From: Candidatus Acidiferrales bacterium
Lineage (GTDB): Bacteria; Acidobacteriota; Terriglobia; Acidiferrales; UBA7541
Direction: 5' to 3'
Assembly: GCA_030037355.1 (NCBI GenBank)
Contig: JASHRL010000231.1
Location: forward strand, 1-45,816
Length of the DNA: 45,816 nt
The notes below the pieces were generated by a model. That model had not been told where the DNA came from. It saw nothing but the letters and a program-made list of their open reading frames with translations, and did not search any database. A program made the position numbers and the translations under genes. Shown here piece after piece: positions 1-9,881 of this stretch (the first letter of the stretch is position 1; every line of letters begins with the position of its first letter).

Positions 1-528
1 CTCAACACAGCAACTCCCGCGAGCCTTGTCCTTCTCGACGAAGTCGGACGCGGCACGGCGACCTTCGACGGCCTGTCAATTGCCTGGGCCGTCGTTGAAC
101 ATCTGCACGAAAATGCCCGCCCGCGCACGCTTTTCGCGACGCATTACCATGAGTTGACCGAACTCGAGCGGCTCTTTCCTGGCATCAAGAATGTCCACGT
201 CTCTGTTCGCGAGGCGGGCAGCGAAATCATTTTCCTTCGCCGCGTCGAACCGGGCACTGCTGACAAGAGCTACGGGATTGAAGTCGCTCGCCTAGCTGGG
301 CTCCCCGCGAGCGTCATCCAGCGCGCCCGCGAAGTCCTGGCTGAGCACGAAAAGAGCGAACATCAGCTTACCGAGGAACTTTCTCCCGGCTCGGCGCTGG
401 CTCAGCCGGTCATGTTCACCGCTGTCGACCAGACCGTGCTCGACGCCTTGCGTGCCGCCGATCTCGACAATTTGAAACCACTCGAAGCGCTGAATCTTCT
501 CGCGGCGCTCAAGAAGCAGCTCTCGTGA
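1..528 (+). CDS. mutS: DNA mismatch repair protein MutS, C-terminal ~175 aa (5' end outside window)
   Basis: Frame 1 is open from base 1 and continuous with track ORF 154..528. The translation [27 protein letters not shown]...[12 protein letters not shown]...[14 protein letters not shown] matches the MutS ATPase Walker B / C-terminal region. Confidence 0.9.
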   Translation, partial: LNTATPASLVLLDEVGRGTATFDGLSIAWAVVEHLHENARPRTLFATHYHELTELERLFPGIKNVHVSVREAGSEIIFLRRVEPGTADKSYGIEVARLAGLPASVIQRAREVLAEHEKSEHQLTEELSPGSALAQPVMFTAVDQTVLDALRAADLDNLKPLEALNLLAALKKQLS

Positions 529-1712
529 CCCCGCACTCGCGCGAAATGCTCGTCCTCGGATTGATGTCCGGCACTTCCGCTGATGGCATCGACGTCGCAC
601 TGGTGGGCATTTCCGGCCTGCCATCCGCGCCTCGTGCGCGGCTCAAGAATTTCGCTGCATTTCCATACCCCACCGCTGTTCGCGAAGCTGTCCTGCGTTT
701 GTCCAACGGCGCTCCAACGACGACGCGCGAAATCTGTCAATTGAATTTTCGCCTCGGCGAATTGTTCGCCGACGCTGTCCTGCGCGCTTGCCGCCGCTTT
801 AGCGTCCCGCCGCGGAACATCTCCCTCATCGGCTCTCATGGACAGACTGTCTACCATCAAGGCGCCTCCAGCGCGTTTCTCGGCGCTCGCGTTTCGTCTA
901 CGCTTCAGATTGGCGAACCCGCCATCATCGCCGAGCGCAGCGGCATTACCACAATTGCCGATTTTCGCCCTGCCGACATCGCTGCTGGCGGCCAAGGCGC
1001 TCCGCTCGTTCCGTTCGTCGATTATCTGCTTTATCGCCATCCACGCCATGGTCGCATGGCGCTCAATATCGGCGGCATCGCAAATGTCACGGTGATTCCG
1101 GCCAGCGCGCGCCCGCAGGACGTCTTCGCCTTCGACACTGGCCCGGGAAACATGATTATCGATGCGCTCTCCGTACATTTCACGCATGGTCGCTTGCATT
1201 ACGACCGTGATTCTCGGCTGGCGCTCGAGGGCCGCCTCTTGCCCCAGTTACTGAAACAGTGGCTCGCGCATCCATATTTCCGCAAGCGCCCGCCGAAGAC
1301 GGCTGGCCGCGAGGAATTCGGCGCCACTTATGTGGAAAAGCTCCTCGCATCAGCTAAGCGGAATCACATTCGCCCTGCCGACCTCATTCACACGGCGACG
1401 GCATTCACCGCAGCCTCGATCGCGCAGGCGTTCCATCGTTTCGTCTTTCCGAAGGCTCGCGTCCGTGAACTCATCGTCTCCGGCGGCGGTGCACGCAATC
1501 CGCTGCTCATTGCTTATCTCTGCGCTCTCTTGCCGTCGCTCAAAATCATTCCTGCGGAAGCTCTCGGCGTTCCCGGCGACGCGAAAGAGGCCTACGCCTT
1601 CGCTGTACTCGCCTATGAAGCCTGGCACGAGCACGCCAACAATTTGCCGAGCGCAACCGGCGCGCGCCACGCTGCAATTCTGGGGAAAATTTGTTATGCC
1701 CGGCCGCGTTAG
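525..1712 (+). CDS. anmK: anhydro-N-acetylmuramic acid kinase
   Basis: 395-aa ORF. The N-terminal [16 protein letters not shown] motif and the length are typical of AnmK. The GTG start overlaps the mutS stop (GTGA at 525-528). An alternative ATG lies at 546. Confidence 0.88.
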   Translation: MTPHSREMLVLGLMSGTSADGIDVALVGISGLPSAPRARLKNFAAFPYPTAVREAVLRLSNGAPTTTREICQLNFRLGELFADAVLRACRRFSVPPRNISLIGSHGQTVYHQGASSAFLGARVSSTLQIGEPAIIAERSGITTIADFRPADIAAGGQGAPLVPFVDYLLYRHPRHGRMALNIGGIANVTVIPASARPQDVFAFDTGPGNMIIDALSVHFTHGRLHYDRDSRLALEGRLLPQLLKQWLAHPYFRKRPPKTAGREEFGATYVEKLLASAKRNHIRPADLIHTATAFTAASIAQAFHRFVFPKARVRELIVSGGGARNPLLIAYLCALLPSLKIIPAEALGVPGDAKEAYAFAVLAYEAWHEHANNLPSATGARHAAILGKICYARPR

Positions 1713-3240
1713 CTCGCGCGTGATCCACGCCGTGCTGTTTTTCTCAATCTTGGCTTTTCTGAGTGGTTGTTCTTCCACCCGCTCGAAGACCGACGCGAAC
1801 ACAGTCAACTTCCTTCTCGAATCCATGCCCACGAATCTCGATCCGCGCATCAGCACGGATGCGTTCTCCGAGCACGTCGACTATCTTCTCTTCGACAGCC
1901 TCCTGCAGCGAGACGACCATCTCGACCTGGCTCCCGACCTCGCCGAAACCTGGAATATGCCCGACGCGCAAACCTACGTCTTCCATCTCCGCCACGATGT
2001 GCGTTTCTCGAATGGCGAATTGCTCACGTCCGCTGATGTCAAATTCACATTCGACTCCATCATTTCCGGCGCGATTCGCACGCCCAAGCGCGGCGCCTTT
2101 CAGCTCGTCGATTCCATTTCCACACCCGATCCCTGGACGGTTATCTTCCATCTCAGCGCGCCTTACGCATCCTTTCCGCTGAATCTAACTCGCCAAGCTG
2201 CTGGCATTGTGCCGCACGATGCCGGTCCCGATTTCTCGCAGAATCCCATCGGCACCGGCCCATTTCGTTTCGTCAGCATGACGACGGACGAAGACATCGT
2301 GCTCGAACGCAATCCGGATTATTTCGGCGGTGCGCCCATGCTCCAGCGCGTTCGCTTTCGCATTATTCCCGATGCACTCGTGCGCGCGCTCGAACTGCGC
2401 AAAGGCTCCGGCGACCTCGAATCGAATTCGCTCACGCCGGATATGATCGACGCGCTTGGCAAAGACCCAAACTTGGAAGTCGCGCGCGCGCCCGGCACGA
2501 TGCTCGCGTATATTTCCTTCAACTGCGAAGACCCTATCCTGAAGCACCGCCGCGTTCGCCAAGCGCTCGCTTACGCGACCGACCGCGAAACACTGATCCG
2601 ATATTTAATTCGCGGCCTCGCGCGTCCAGCGGATAGTCTTCTCCCGCCGAATCACTGGGCATACGACGGCGATGTCACGCATTACGACTACGATCCCACG
2701 CACGCGAATGCGCTGCTCGACGCCGCTGGCTTCCCACGCGGCCCCGACGGGATTCGCTTTCATCTGGAAATGAAGACGTCAACGGACGAATCCACGCGCA
2801 TCCTCGCAGCCGCTCTCCAAGATCAATGGCACCGCGTCGGCGTGCAACTCGATTTGCGCTCGCTCGAATTCGCCACGTTCTATGCCGACATTACGCGCGG
2901 CAGCTTTCAGCTTTACACTTTGCGCTGGGTCGGCGCGAATCTCGATCCGGACGTTTTCGAGTATGTCTTTGGCAGCGACAAATTTCCGCCCGCGGGCGCA
3001 AATCGTGGCCATTACCATAATCCGCAGTTGGATATCTTACTCGGAGAGGCGCGCGTCACCACAGACCGCGCGAAACGGAAGGCAATCCTTGATCAGATTC
3101 AGCAAATCGTCGCCGACGAAGAGCCGTACATCAACCTCTGGTTCTACGACAACATCTGCGTCCATCGCCGTCGTCTTACTAACATCCAACTCTCACCGGG
3201 CGGCGACTTCGATTTTCTCGAGCACGCGATCCTTCGTTGA
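1696..3240 (+). CDS. ABC transporter substrate-binding lipoprotein, family 5 (peptide/nickel type)
   Basis: The track ORF is 1330..3240, but ATG 1696 gives a lipoprotein signal, [25 protein letters not shown]. The body has SBP_bac_5-like segments (LAPDLAETW..., VRFSNGELLTSADVKFTFD, ERNPDYFGG). No permease or ATPase genes are adjacent. Confidence 0.82.
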   Translation: MPGRVSSRVIHAVLFFSILAFLSGCSSTRSKTDANTVNFLLESMPTNLDPRISTDAFSEHVDYLLFDSLLQRDDHLDLAPDLAETWNMPDAQTYVFHLRHDVRFSNGELLTSADVKFTFDSIISGAIRTPKRGAFQLVDSISTPDPWTVIFHLSAPYASFPLNLTRQAAGIVPHDAGPDFSQNPIGTGPFRFVSMTTDEDIVLERNPDYFGGAPMLQRVRFRIIPDALVRALELRKGSGDLESNSLTPDMIDALGKDPNLEVARAPGTMLAYISFNCEDPILKHRRVRQALAYATDRETLIRYLIRGLARPADSLLPPNHWAYDGDVTHYDYDPTHANALLDAAGFPRGPDGIRFHLEMKTSTDESTRILAAALQDQWHRVGVQLDLRSLEFATFYADITRGSFQLYTLRWVGANLDPDVFEYVFGSDKFPPAGANRGHYHNPQLDILLGEARVTTDRAKRKAILDQIQQIVADEEPYINLWFYDNICVHRRRLTNIQLSPGGDFDFLEHAILR

Positions 3241-3264
3241 TCGCAGGGCATCCTGCGCGAAATC

Positions 3265-3903
3265 CTAAGCCTCAATTGCTTTGCGGACTTCTGCCTCAGG
3301 CACGGCTCCTTCGCGGATGATGGACCAATCCGCGCCGCGCAGCGCGACAATCGTCGATGCCAGCGTCCCGCCCGTATCGCCTCCATCAAGAATCAGCGGC
3401 AAGCGGTCGCCAAGCTGTTTCACAAGCTGCGTCGCGCTGCTGCATGCCGGAAAGCCGGAAAGGTTCGCACTCGTTCCTGTCAGTGGCCCGCCTGAAGCTT
3501 CCACCAACTCGCACGCAACATGGGATTTCGGCCAGCGCAGCGCCACGCGCCCGCTGTTTCCCGTTACTTTGAGCGGCAGCCGGTGCGTGGCCTCGACGAC
3601 AATCGTCAGCGCGCCGGGCCAGAATTTGTGCGCCAGTTTCAAAAAGCTGTCAGGCAGATCGCGCGCGAGCGTCACCGCCTGCTCGACGGAATTCACCAGG
3701 ATCGGCAACGCCTTCGTTTCCGCGCGCCCCTTGACGCGAAACACTTCCTGAATCGCCGCCAGATTATATGGGTCCGCGGAGAGACCATAGAATGTGTCGG
3801 TGGGAATGCCGACCACCCGGCCGCGTTGGATCAGACTCGCAGCGTAGTGGATGATGTGCGGCTCGGGGGCTTCAATTGAAATTTTCAGGACTTCCGCTGG
3901 CAA
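3265..3903 (-). CDS. L-threonylcarbamoyladenylate synthase family protein (Sua5/YciO/YrdC/YwlC)
   Basis: 212 aa. The motifs FYGLSADPYN, KGRAETKALPILV and GTSANLSG are typical of the YrdC/Sua5 fold. The track start is a TTG, so the 5' end is uncertain. Confidence 0.82.
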   Translation of the reverse strand: MPAEVLKISIEAPEPHIIHYAASLIQRGRVVGIPTDTFYGLSADPYNLAAIQEVFRVKGRAETKALPILVNSVEQAVTLARDLPDSFLKLAHKFWPGALTIVVEATHRLPLKVTGNSGRVALRWPKSHVACELVEASGGPLTGTSANLSGFPACSSATQLVKQLGDRLPLILDGGDTGGTLASTIVALRGADWSIIREGAVPEAEVRKAIEA

Positions 3904-4037
3904 TGGACACTCGCGCGGCGACGAATCGGCCGTAATCGCAGAACGCTATCACACACCCTCGCACCGCGCAAGCCATCCTAGAGCGAATGCCAAACCGGCA
4001 CTTGCCTTTTCGCGGCAACTTCGGAAAAATAGTCGCT

Positions 4038-4247
4038 ATGTTACCCGAACAAAAGTGTCCCAAGTGCGGCCGTCGCATGTTGCTCTACCGCTGTTCACAT
4101 ACAAATTGCACCACCGAACGTCGTGTCTGTGTTGTTTGCGAATATGGCGGTATTCGCCCGCCCGTCCCATTCTCGCAATTGAGTTTTTACCCGGAATGCC
4201 ACACGGACGGCATGAAGCTCGCCGACGAAAACCGCAACTACGCGTAA
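4038..4247 (+). CDS. possible small zinc-ribbon protein (69 aa)
   Basis: In-frame ATG inside track ORF 3987..4247, within the 415-nt divergent tsaC-like/trmH-like intergenic region. The translation MLPEQKCPKCGRRMLLYRCSHTNCTTERRVCVVCEYGG carries CPKC...CVVC pairs. No clear Shine-Dalgarno sequence. Confidence 0.35.
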   Translation: MLPEQKCPKCGRRMLLYRCSHTNCTTERRVCVVCEYGGIRPPVPFSQLSFYPECHTDGMKLADENRNYA

Positions 4248-4318
4248 CGTCACGGGCAGAGCGCGAATTCGCGCCCGGCGACTTTTCGTTGGCCCCGCTC
4301 TCTGTTAGGCTCCATTCC

Positions 4319-5179
4319 ATGCGCACTCAACCCTGGCGCCCGGCGGCTCGACCTCACGCTGCGCACCTGTCGCAGAGTGCCAAAATCACTTCGCGCGAAA
4401 ATCACTGGCTGAAAACCTTCCGCGCCGCCCTGCATGCTTCGCGTCCTGAAGGTGGATTCATTGCGCTCGAAGGTGTGCGCCTTGTTTCGGAGGCGATTCG
4501 CTCTGGACTGGAAATCGAAGCTATTCTCGCCAGCGATTCCGCCGAACGCTACCTGGCACCACTTCAGGCTGAACTCGATCGCCCGACGCTCATTCTGCGG
4601 ACGACGGACAAGCTCTTCGATTCCGTCGCCGCTACAGAGACTCCGCAAGGAATTGCAGCCCTGCTTCGCCCGCGCGGATTTTCACTCGAATCTCTCGTTG
4701 CTGTGCCCGATCCACTCGTCATCGTCCTCGTCGGCGTACAGGACCCCGGCAACGTCGGCACAATCCTGCGCTCCGCCGAAGCACTCGGCGCTTCGGGAGT
4801 AATTGCCACGCGCGGAAGCGCGCATCCCTATTCGCCGAAGTCCTTGCGTGCTTCGGCTGGTTCCGCTCTGCGTTTGCCGATTCTTTCCGAGCTCGCCACG
4901 CCGATTGCCTTGACGCAGCTTCGTGTTTCCGGACTGAAGATCTTTGCCGCCTCCTCCCCGCGCGATTCCGCTGCACACCGGCCTGATGAAATCGATCTTC
5001 GCGGCCCGGCCGCGATTCTTATCGGCAACGAGGGCGCCGGCTTATCGCCGGAAGTCGAACGCAGCGCGGACGCCCGAATCCGCATCCAAGTTGCAGAACC
5101 GGTGGATTCGCTCAACGCAGCCATTGCTGCCTCGCTCATCCTTTACGAAGCCGCGCGTCAGCGTCGCGCCGTCAGATGA
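4319..5179 (+). CDS. TrmH/SpoU-family RNA 2'-O-methyltransferase
   Basis: The track ORF 3851..5179 has an implausible N-terminal extension. ATG 4319 gives 286 aa with SpoU motifs (VGVQDPGNVGTILRSA, ILIGNEGAGLSPEV, DSLNAAIAASLILYEA). Confidence 0.85.
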   Translation: MRTQPWRPAARPHAAHLSQSAKITSRENHWLKTFRAALHASRPEGGFIALEGVRLVSEAIRSGLEIEAILASDSAERYLAPLQAELDRPTLILRTTDKLFDSVAATETPQGIAALLRPRGFSLESLVAVPDPLVIVLVGVQDPGNVGTILRSAEALGASGVIATRGSAHPYSPKSLRASAGSALRLPILSELATPIALTQLRVSGLKIFAASSPRDSAAHRPDEIDLRGPAAILIGNEGAGLSPEVERSADARIRIQVAEPVDSLNAAIAASLILYEAARQRRAVR

Positions 5180-5195
5180 GCGTTCCGGATAAAAA

Positions 5196-6608
5196 GTGAA
5201 CCTCTTTCGCACCATCGACGCCGAAGAAGTGCCGCAAGGTTCGCGTCCCCTCGCGGATCGAATGCGTCCGCGCACGCTCGACGAAATCGCCGGCCAAGAG
5301 GAACTCCTCTCACCGGGCAAACCACTGCGCATCCAAATCGAGCGCGACGAAATCGTCTCCATGCTCCTTTGGGGTCCGCCGGGATGCGGCAAAACTACGC
5401 TCGCGCGTCTGATCGCCAAGACGAAGCACTCCGAATTCGTTCCTTTCAGCGCCGTGATGTCCGGAATCAAGGAAATCAAGCAAGTCATGGCCGCCGCCGA
5501 GGGCGCCCGGCGCTACGGCCGCCGCACGGTTGTGTTTGTCGATGAGATTCACCGTTTCAATAAAGCGCAGCAGGACGCGTTTCTGCCTTATGTCGAAGCC
5601 GGCACGATTCTCCTGATCGGCGCGACGACGGAAAATCCCTCCTTCGAGGTCATCGCCCCACTCCTTTCGCGCATGAAGGTTTACGTTCTTCACGCGTTAT
5701 CCAGCGAGCAGATCCTCCAACTCCTCCGCCGCGCGCTCTCTGATAAAGAACGCGGATTGGGCGGAGTCGCCGTGGCCATCCCCGATGAGATCCTCGACCG
5801 TATCGCGCAAATTGCCAATGGCGACGCGCGTGCTGCTTACAATACGCTCGAATCTCTCATCCTCGGTACGGAACCCTCCGCGAACGGCAGTCGCGTGGTC
5901 ACGCGCGAACGTCTCGAAGACGTCCTCCAACACAAGTTCCTCCTCTATGACAAGGCCGGCGAAGAGCATTTCAATCTGATTTCCGCCCTGCACAAATCCG
6001 TGCGCAACTCTGATCCCGACGCCGCGCTCTATTGGCTCGCGCGCATGCTGGAATCCGGCGAAGATCCTCTGTACCTCGCGCGCCGCATGGTGCGCATGGC
6101 CAGCGAAGACATCGGCCTCGCCGATCCCAATGCGCTCCACATCACACTCGCAGCCATGAACGCTTTTGATTTTCTAGGTGTGCCCGAGGGCCATCTGGCG
6201 CTTGCCGAGGCCGCCGTTTATCTTTCGCTCGCACCCAAGTCCAATGCGGTCTATACCGCTTATAATTCCGTGCGTGACGATTTGCAGAAGACAATCGCCG
6301 AGCCCGTTCCGCTTCACCTGCGCAACGCGGTCACCGGCCTTATGAGCCATCTCGGCTACGGCAAGGGATACCAGTACGCTCACAACGCGGAGGAAAAAGT
6401 GACCGGCATGACCTGCTTGCCCGAAAGCTTGCAGGGCCGCGTATATTACCATCCGACCGACCAGGGCCTCGAAGCGCGAATTCGCCAGCGCCTCGAAGAG
6501 ATTCGCCGCATCAAATCTAAGCCGTCGGAACCGAACGCTCCGAAGGAGCGGAAGAAGAACGAAACGAAGAAAGACGAGATCAAGTCCCACGTGAAGGAAG
6601 ACGAGTGA
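5196..6608 (+). CDS. rarA: replication-associated recombination protein A (AAA+ ATPase)
   Basis: 470 aa. Has Walker A GPPGCGKTTLA and Walker B VVFVDEIHRFNKAQQDAFLP, plus the MgsA C-terminal region (HFNLISALHKSVRNSDPDAALYWLARM). GTG start. Confidence 0.9.
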   Translation: MNLFRTIDAEEVPQGSRPLADRMRPRTLDEIAGQEELLSPGKPLRIQIERDEIVSMLLWGPPGCGKTTLARLIAKTKHSEFVPFSAVMSGIKEIKQVMAAAEGARRYGRRTVVFVDEIHRFNKAQQDAFLPYVEAGTILLIGATTENPSFEVIAPLLSRMKVYVLHALSSEQILQLLRRALSDKERGLGGVAVAIPDEILDRIAQIANGDARAAYNTLESLILGTEPSANGSRVVTRERLEDVLQHKFLLYDKAGEEHFNLISALHKSVRNSDPDAALYWLARMLESGEDPLYLARRMVRMASEDIGLADPNALHITLAAMNAFDFLGVPEGHLALAEAAVYLSLAPKSNAVYTAYNSVRDDLQKTIAEPVPLHLRNAVTGLMSHLGYGKGYQYAHNAEEKVTGMTCLPESLQGRVYYHPTDQGLEARIRQRLEEIRRIKSKPSEPNAPKERKKNETKKDEIKSHVKEDE

Positions 6609-7750
6609 AAACGGGATTGACAAACCAGCCAAACAACATGAATCCGCACGACACAGAACCTAAGTTCGCAAGGCGCCTGTGCCGCTCTCTCAGTTATTTA
6701 CTCGTCTCCCTATTCTTGCTGGTCGCCGCGGCCTTTCCGTCCCGCGCTCAAGACAAGCCTCTCTCCTCCATCAACCTCGATTGCCGTGCTTTCGCAATTT
6801 CGGCAGACGGGACCGCCGCCTGCGGCGTGTTTCATAGGCTTCGGTTTCAGCACTACGAAATCGAGCGCGACGACATCTGGACCGTCACACTCGACGGCAA
6901 GCGCAAGCGCATCGTCGACGGCGAAACGCTCGTTAAGACGACTTCTCCTTTCAGCTTCATGATCCGCCGCCTGGCCTATTCGCCCGATGGAACAAAACTC
7001 ACCGTGCAAATGACCATCGCTCAGGTCGTCGACCAGCAAGGAACAACGAACGAGAGCGAACTCGTCGATCTGATGACCAGCGATGGAAAGGAAATCCCCG
7101 TCTTCGGCACGCACACCAGCGTCATCGAGGACGGCAAGCAAGCCAACTGGCTCGCCGATGGCGACACCGTTGCCTATCTTGTTTCCAGCGATGAATCCGA
7201 TCTGCTCTATCACATCGGCATCGTTCATCCCAGCAAAGGCGCGGGCCAGACGATTCTGAAAGACCATTTTTTCACGTCCGTCGCCTGGGACGCCCAGCAC
7301 AATTCCGCGATCGCCATCGAGCGCGACCAGCAGTTCACCGGCGCAATCAAGCTTTCGCGAATCGACCTGCTTCACGCGACCGACCAGCCCATCGCCACGT
7401 TGCAGGGCTATCTCGGCCAGCTCACACTCTCTCCCGATGCCGACAAGGTCGCCTATTTCCGCGATGGCGATACGCTCGAGATCCGCTCGCTCGCGAATCC
7501 TCAAATTGCCACGACCGTCCACTGCGCTTACGGTACCATCGCCTGGGGTCCCGACGAGCAGCGCATTCTCCTCAAGCGCGGACCCGAAAAGGATGCAGGA
7601 GACGTTGTCTGGCTTTCCATTCCCAGCGGCGATCTCACGCCGATTCTCTATGACAACATCTACGGCGGCTTTACTGTCTCGGCGCTCACGCACACGATCG
7701 CCGTCATAGAGCCAGGGACAGACCATCTCCTTGTCTTTCCGCTGCACTGA
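6605..7750 (+). CDS. secreted hypothetical protein, TolB-like beta-propeller repeats
   Basis: Signal-like segment LLVSLFLLVAAAFPSRAQD. Recurring (Y/L)SPDG-type blades (YSPDGTKLTV, LSPDADKVAYF). The GTG start overlaps the rarA stop. An alternative ATG lies at 6638. Confidence 0.7.
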   Translation: MKTGLTNQPNNMNPHDTEPKFARRLCRSLSYLLVSLFLLVAAAFPSRAQDKPLSSINLDCRAFAISADGTAACGVFHRLRFQHYEIERDDIWTVTLDGKRKRIVDGETLVKTTSPFSFMIRRLAYSPDGTKLTVQMTIAQVVDQQGTTNESELVDLMTSDGKEIPVFGTHTSVIEDGKQANWLADGDTVAYLVSSDESDLLYHIGIVHPSKGAGQTILKDHFFTSVAWDAQHNSAIAIERDQQFTGAIKLSRIDLLHATDQPIATLQGYLGQLTLSPDADKVAYFRDGDTLEIRSLANPQIATTVHCAYGTIAWGPDEQRILLKRGPEKDAGDVVWLSIPSGDLTPILYDNIYGGFTVSALTHTIAVIEPGTDHLLVFPLH

Positions 7751-7762
7751 CGCTCGTTTGCT

Positions 7763-9403
7763 TTAATTTTGCGGTTCTTGAGCGAAACGCCGGAAGAAGC
7801 TTGCCGGCTCCCACGCTGGCCGCGCCGCATCGTCTGCGACGCGGTCCGCCAGCAGATATAGCAAGTGGCAGAACTTCCCCGCCGCTTCCTGGTCCACCTT
7901 CTGGTTCGTATCGTCGGAGGGCTGATGATAATGCGTGTGAACCCAATCGTTGAAAATCTTCTCTTGTGGTGAGCCTTTTGCGTATCCGAACTTGAACGCC
8001 AGCGCCGGAATTCCTCTCTGAATGAAACTGTATTGATCGCTGCGAATGAACCGGTTGGCCTCCGGCTGTTCGTCCTCAATCACATCCACGCCATCTTCTT
8101 TGCCCGCCGCGCGAATATCGTCGCCGAGCGTGGATTCATCGAGCCCTTGCACCTGAAGATACTGCAGCGGGAAAAGAGGCAAAAACATATCCATATTGAT
8201 GTCTGCCACAATGTCTTTTGCTGGCATAGTGGGATGATTCGCGAAATACCACGAGCCCAGTTCGCCTTCTTCTTCGCCGCAGACAGCGAGGAACAGGATC
8301 GACCGCTTCGGCTTCGTGCCCGATTCCTTGAAATCGTTCGCGATTTGGATCAGCGCGGCGACGCCAGCGGCGTTGTCCATCGCGCCGTTGTAAATGTCAT
8401 CACCATTCACCGGTGCGCCCACGCCCAAATGGTCCAAATGCGCGCTCACGATGACGTATTCTTTTTTCAACACGGGATCGGAACCCTGCAACACGCCTGC
8501 CACGTTCGGCGACTCGACCGGCTTCTTGATCAGCGCGATTGTGGCTCGAATCTCTCCCTGCAACGGAAACTTTGGCAGCGGCTGGTGCGCTTTCGCCAGC
8601 TCCAAAATTTCCGCCATCGCGTGGCCCGAACCCGCGAAAAACTCATCCGCGTCGTCCGGATTGATCGTCATTTCGATTTGTATGCCTTGATCGCGGCGAA
8701 GCTTCGCGTCCGCGAGCTCCAATGACACCACCTGCCTGTTTGCCGCGATTCGGTTCCATGCAATCTCCTGCTCCGCCGGATTTGGAATCACAGCAATCCC
8801 TATTGCGCCCGCAGCCTTCAGCGCCTTCCATCGCTCTCCGAGCGATTCTTCATGCGCACGCAACGGATCCTTGATGGTCGAGGGCCCGCCCGTTAGATAC
8901 ACGGCGATTTTCCCTTTCAAGTCCAGCCCCTCAAGGTCGTCGTAATTCGCTTCCGGCACTTTCATCCCGTATCCGACGAATACCATTCCAGCATTAAGCT
9001 CGGGGGCTGGGTCGCCTCCTGCCCGCAGAATCACCTGATTCCCCAGTGTAAATTGCGTTGGCGTCGAATCTCGAATCAACTCGACCGAGGAATGTCCTTC
9101 ATCGATTTGCCTCGACTCGAACTGCACGGATTGGAAATATCCGACCGTCCCCGCGTCCTTGAGTCCCTCCGCATAGAATTTGTCCGCTACGTACCCAGCG
9201 GCATCCTGGTACTCCGCGCTTCCCGTTTCGCGGCCTTTCATATCATCGGACGCCAAATATTTCACATCGCTCCACCAGCGATTTCCTTCCGCTTTATCAT
9301 CACTGGAGGTCCTCGCCGCCGTAGCGCCGAGCAGGCACACGGCTAACGTTAGAAACGCTGCAATCCATGAATAAGTCGAAACTCGCAGCAATCTATCTCT
9401 CAT
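7763..9403 (-). CDS. M28-family aminopeptidase with PA domain
   Basis: Zn-ligand motifs SAHLDHLG, GAMDNAAGVA and CGEEEGELGS. The N-terminal signal is MRDRLLRVSTYSWIAAFLTLAVCLLG when started at ATG 9403. The track start at 9433 would overlap the upstream gene. Confidence 0.85.
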   Translation of the reverse strand: MRDRLLRVSTYSWIAAFLTLAVCLLGATAARTSSDDKAEGNRWWSDVKYLASDDMKGRETGSAEYQDAAGYVADKFYAEGLKDAGTVGYFQSVQFESRQIDEGHSSVELIRDSTPTQFTLGNQVILRAGGDPAPELNAGMVFVGYGMKVPEANYDDLEGLDLKGKIAVYLTGGPSTIKDPLRAHEESLGERWKALKAAGAIGIAVIPNPAEQEIAWNRIAANRQVVSLELADAKLRRDQGIQIEMTINPDDADEFFAGSGHAMAEILELAKAHQPLPKFPLQGEIRATIALIKKPVESPNVAGVLQGSDPVLKKEYVIVSAHLDHLGVGAPVNGDDIYNGAMDNAAGVAALIQIANDFKESGTKPKRSILFLAVCGEEEGELGSWYFANHPTMPAKDIVADINMDMFLPLFPLQYLQVQGLDESTLGDDIRAAGKEDGVDVIEDEQPEANRFIRSDQYSFIQRGIPALAFKFGYAKGSPQEKIFNDWVHTHYHQPSDDTNQKVDQEAAGKFCHLLYLLADRVADDAARPAWEPASFFRRFAQEPQN

Positions 9404-9413
9404 GCTATGGCCC

Positions 9414-9827
9414 TCAACGAAATCGTTTCGCATGTTCTTTCAGGATGCAAAGATCCATCACTACAAAAATTCCCGCCTCACGTGCACGTTTCGCCGCTTC
9501 TTCATTCACCACGCCTTCCTGCATCCAGACGCATTTTGCGCCAATCTTAATCGCACTTTCCACGACCTCCGGCACAAACTCCGGCCGCCGGAATACATCT
9601 ACGATGTCGACTTTCTCCCGGATGTCTTCGAGCCGGCTCACAGCTCTCTCTCCGAGTACTTCCTTCTCATTCGGATTCACGGGAATAATCTTGTATCCCG
9701 CGCCCTGCATATATTCAGAGACGCCGTAGCTTGGCCGCATTTTCTGCGAGGAAAGCCCGACGACGGCAATCGTCCGGCTCGTTTCCAGCAACTGCCCTAT
9801 CTGGTCTTTCTTGGTCTCAGTCGGCAT
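9414..9827 (-). CDS. CoA-binding domain protein (YccU-like)
   Basis: 137 aa. The motif IAVVGLSSQKMRPSYGVSEYMQGAGYKIIPVNP is the characteristic CoA_binding_2 N-terminus. Confidence 0.85.
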   Translation of the reverse strand: MPTETKKDQIGQLLETSRTIAVVGLSSQKMRPSYGVSEYMQGAGYKIIPVNPNEKEVLGERAVSRLEDIREKVDIVDVFRRPEFVPEVVESAIKIGAKCVWMQEGVVNEEAAKRAREAGIFVVMDLCILKEHAKRFR

Positions 9828-9881
9828 TCGCGCGCTTTTCTGTCACATCAATTCTCACGCTCTGAGCAGCAAAGCGAAATC

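Noticed and set aside
1330-1695. N-terminal 122-aa extension of the substrate-binding-protein ORF
   Set aside because: It lies entirely inside the anmK coding region in another frame. A lipoprotein signal begins at ATG 1696.
3851-4318. N-terminal 156-aa extension of the TrmH-family ORF
   Set aside because: It would overlap the divergent tsaC-like start and has no methyltransferase similarity. Homology starts after ATG 4319.
6710-7747. 345-aa minus-strand ORF
   Set aside because: It is antisense to the signal-peptide-bearing propeller protein and has no motifs.
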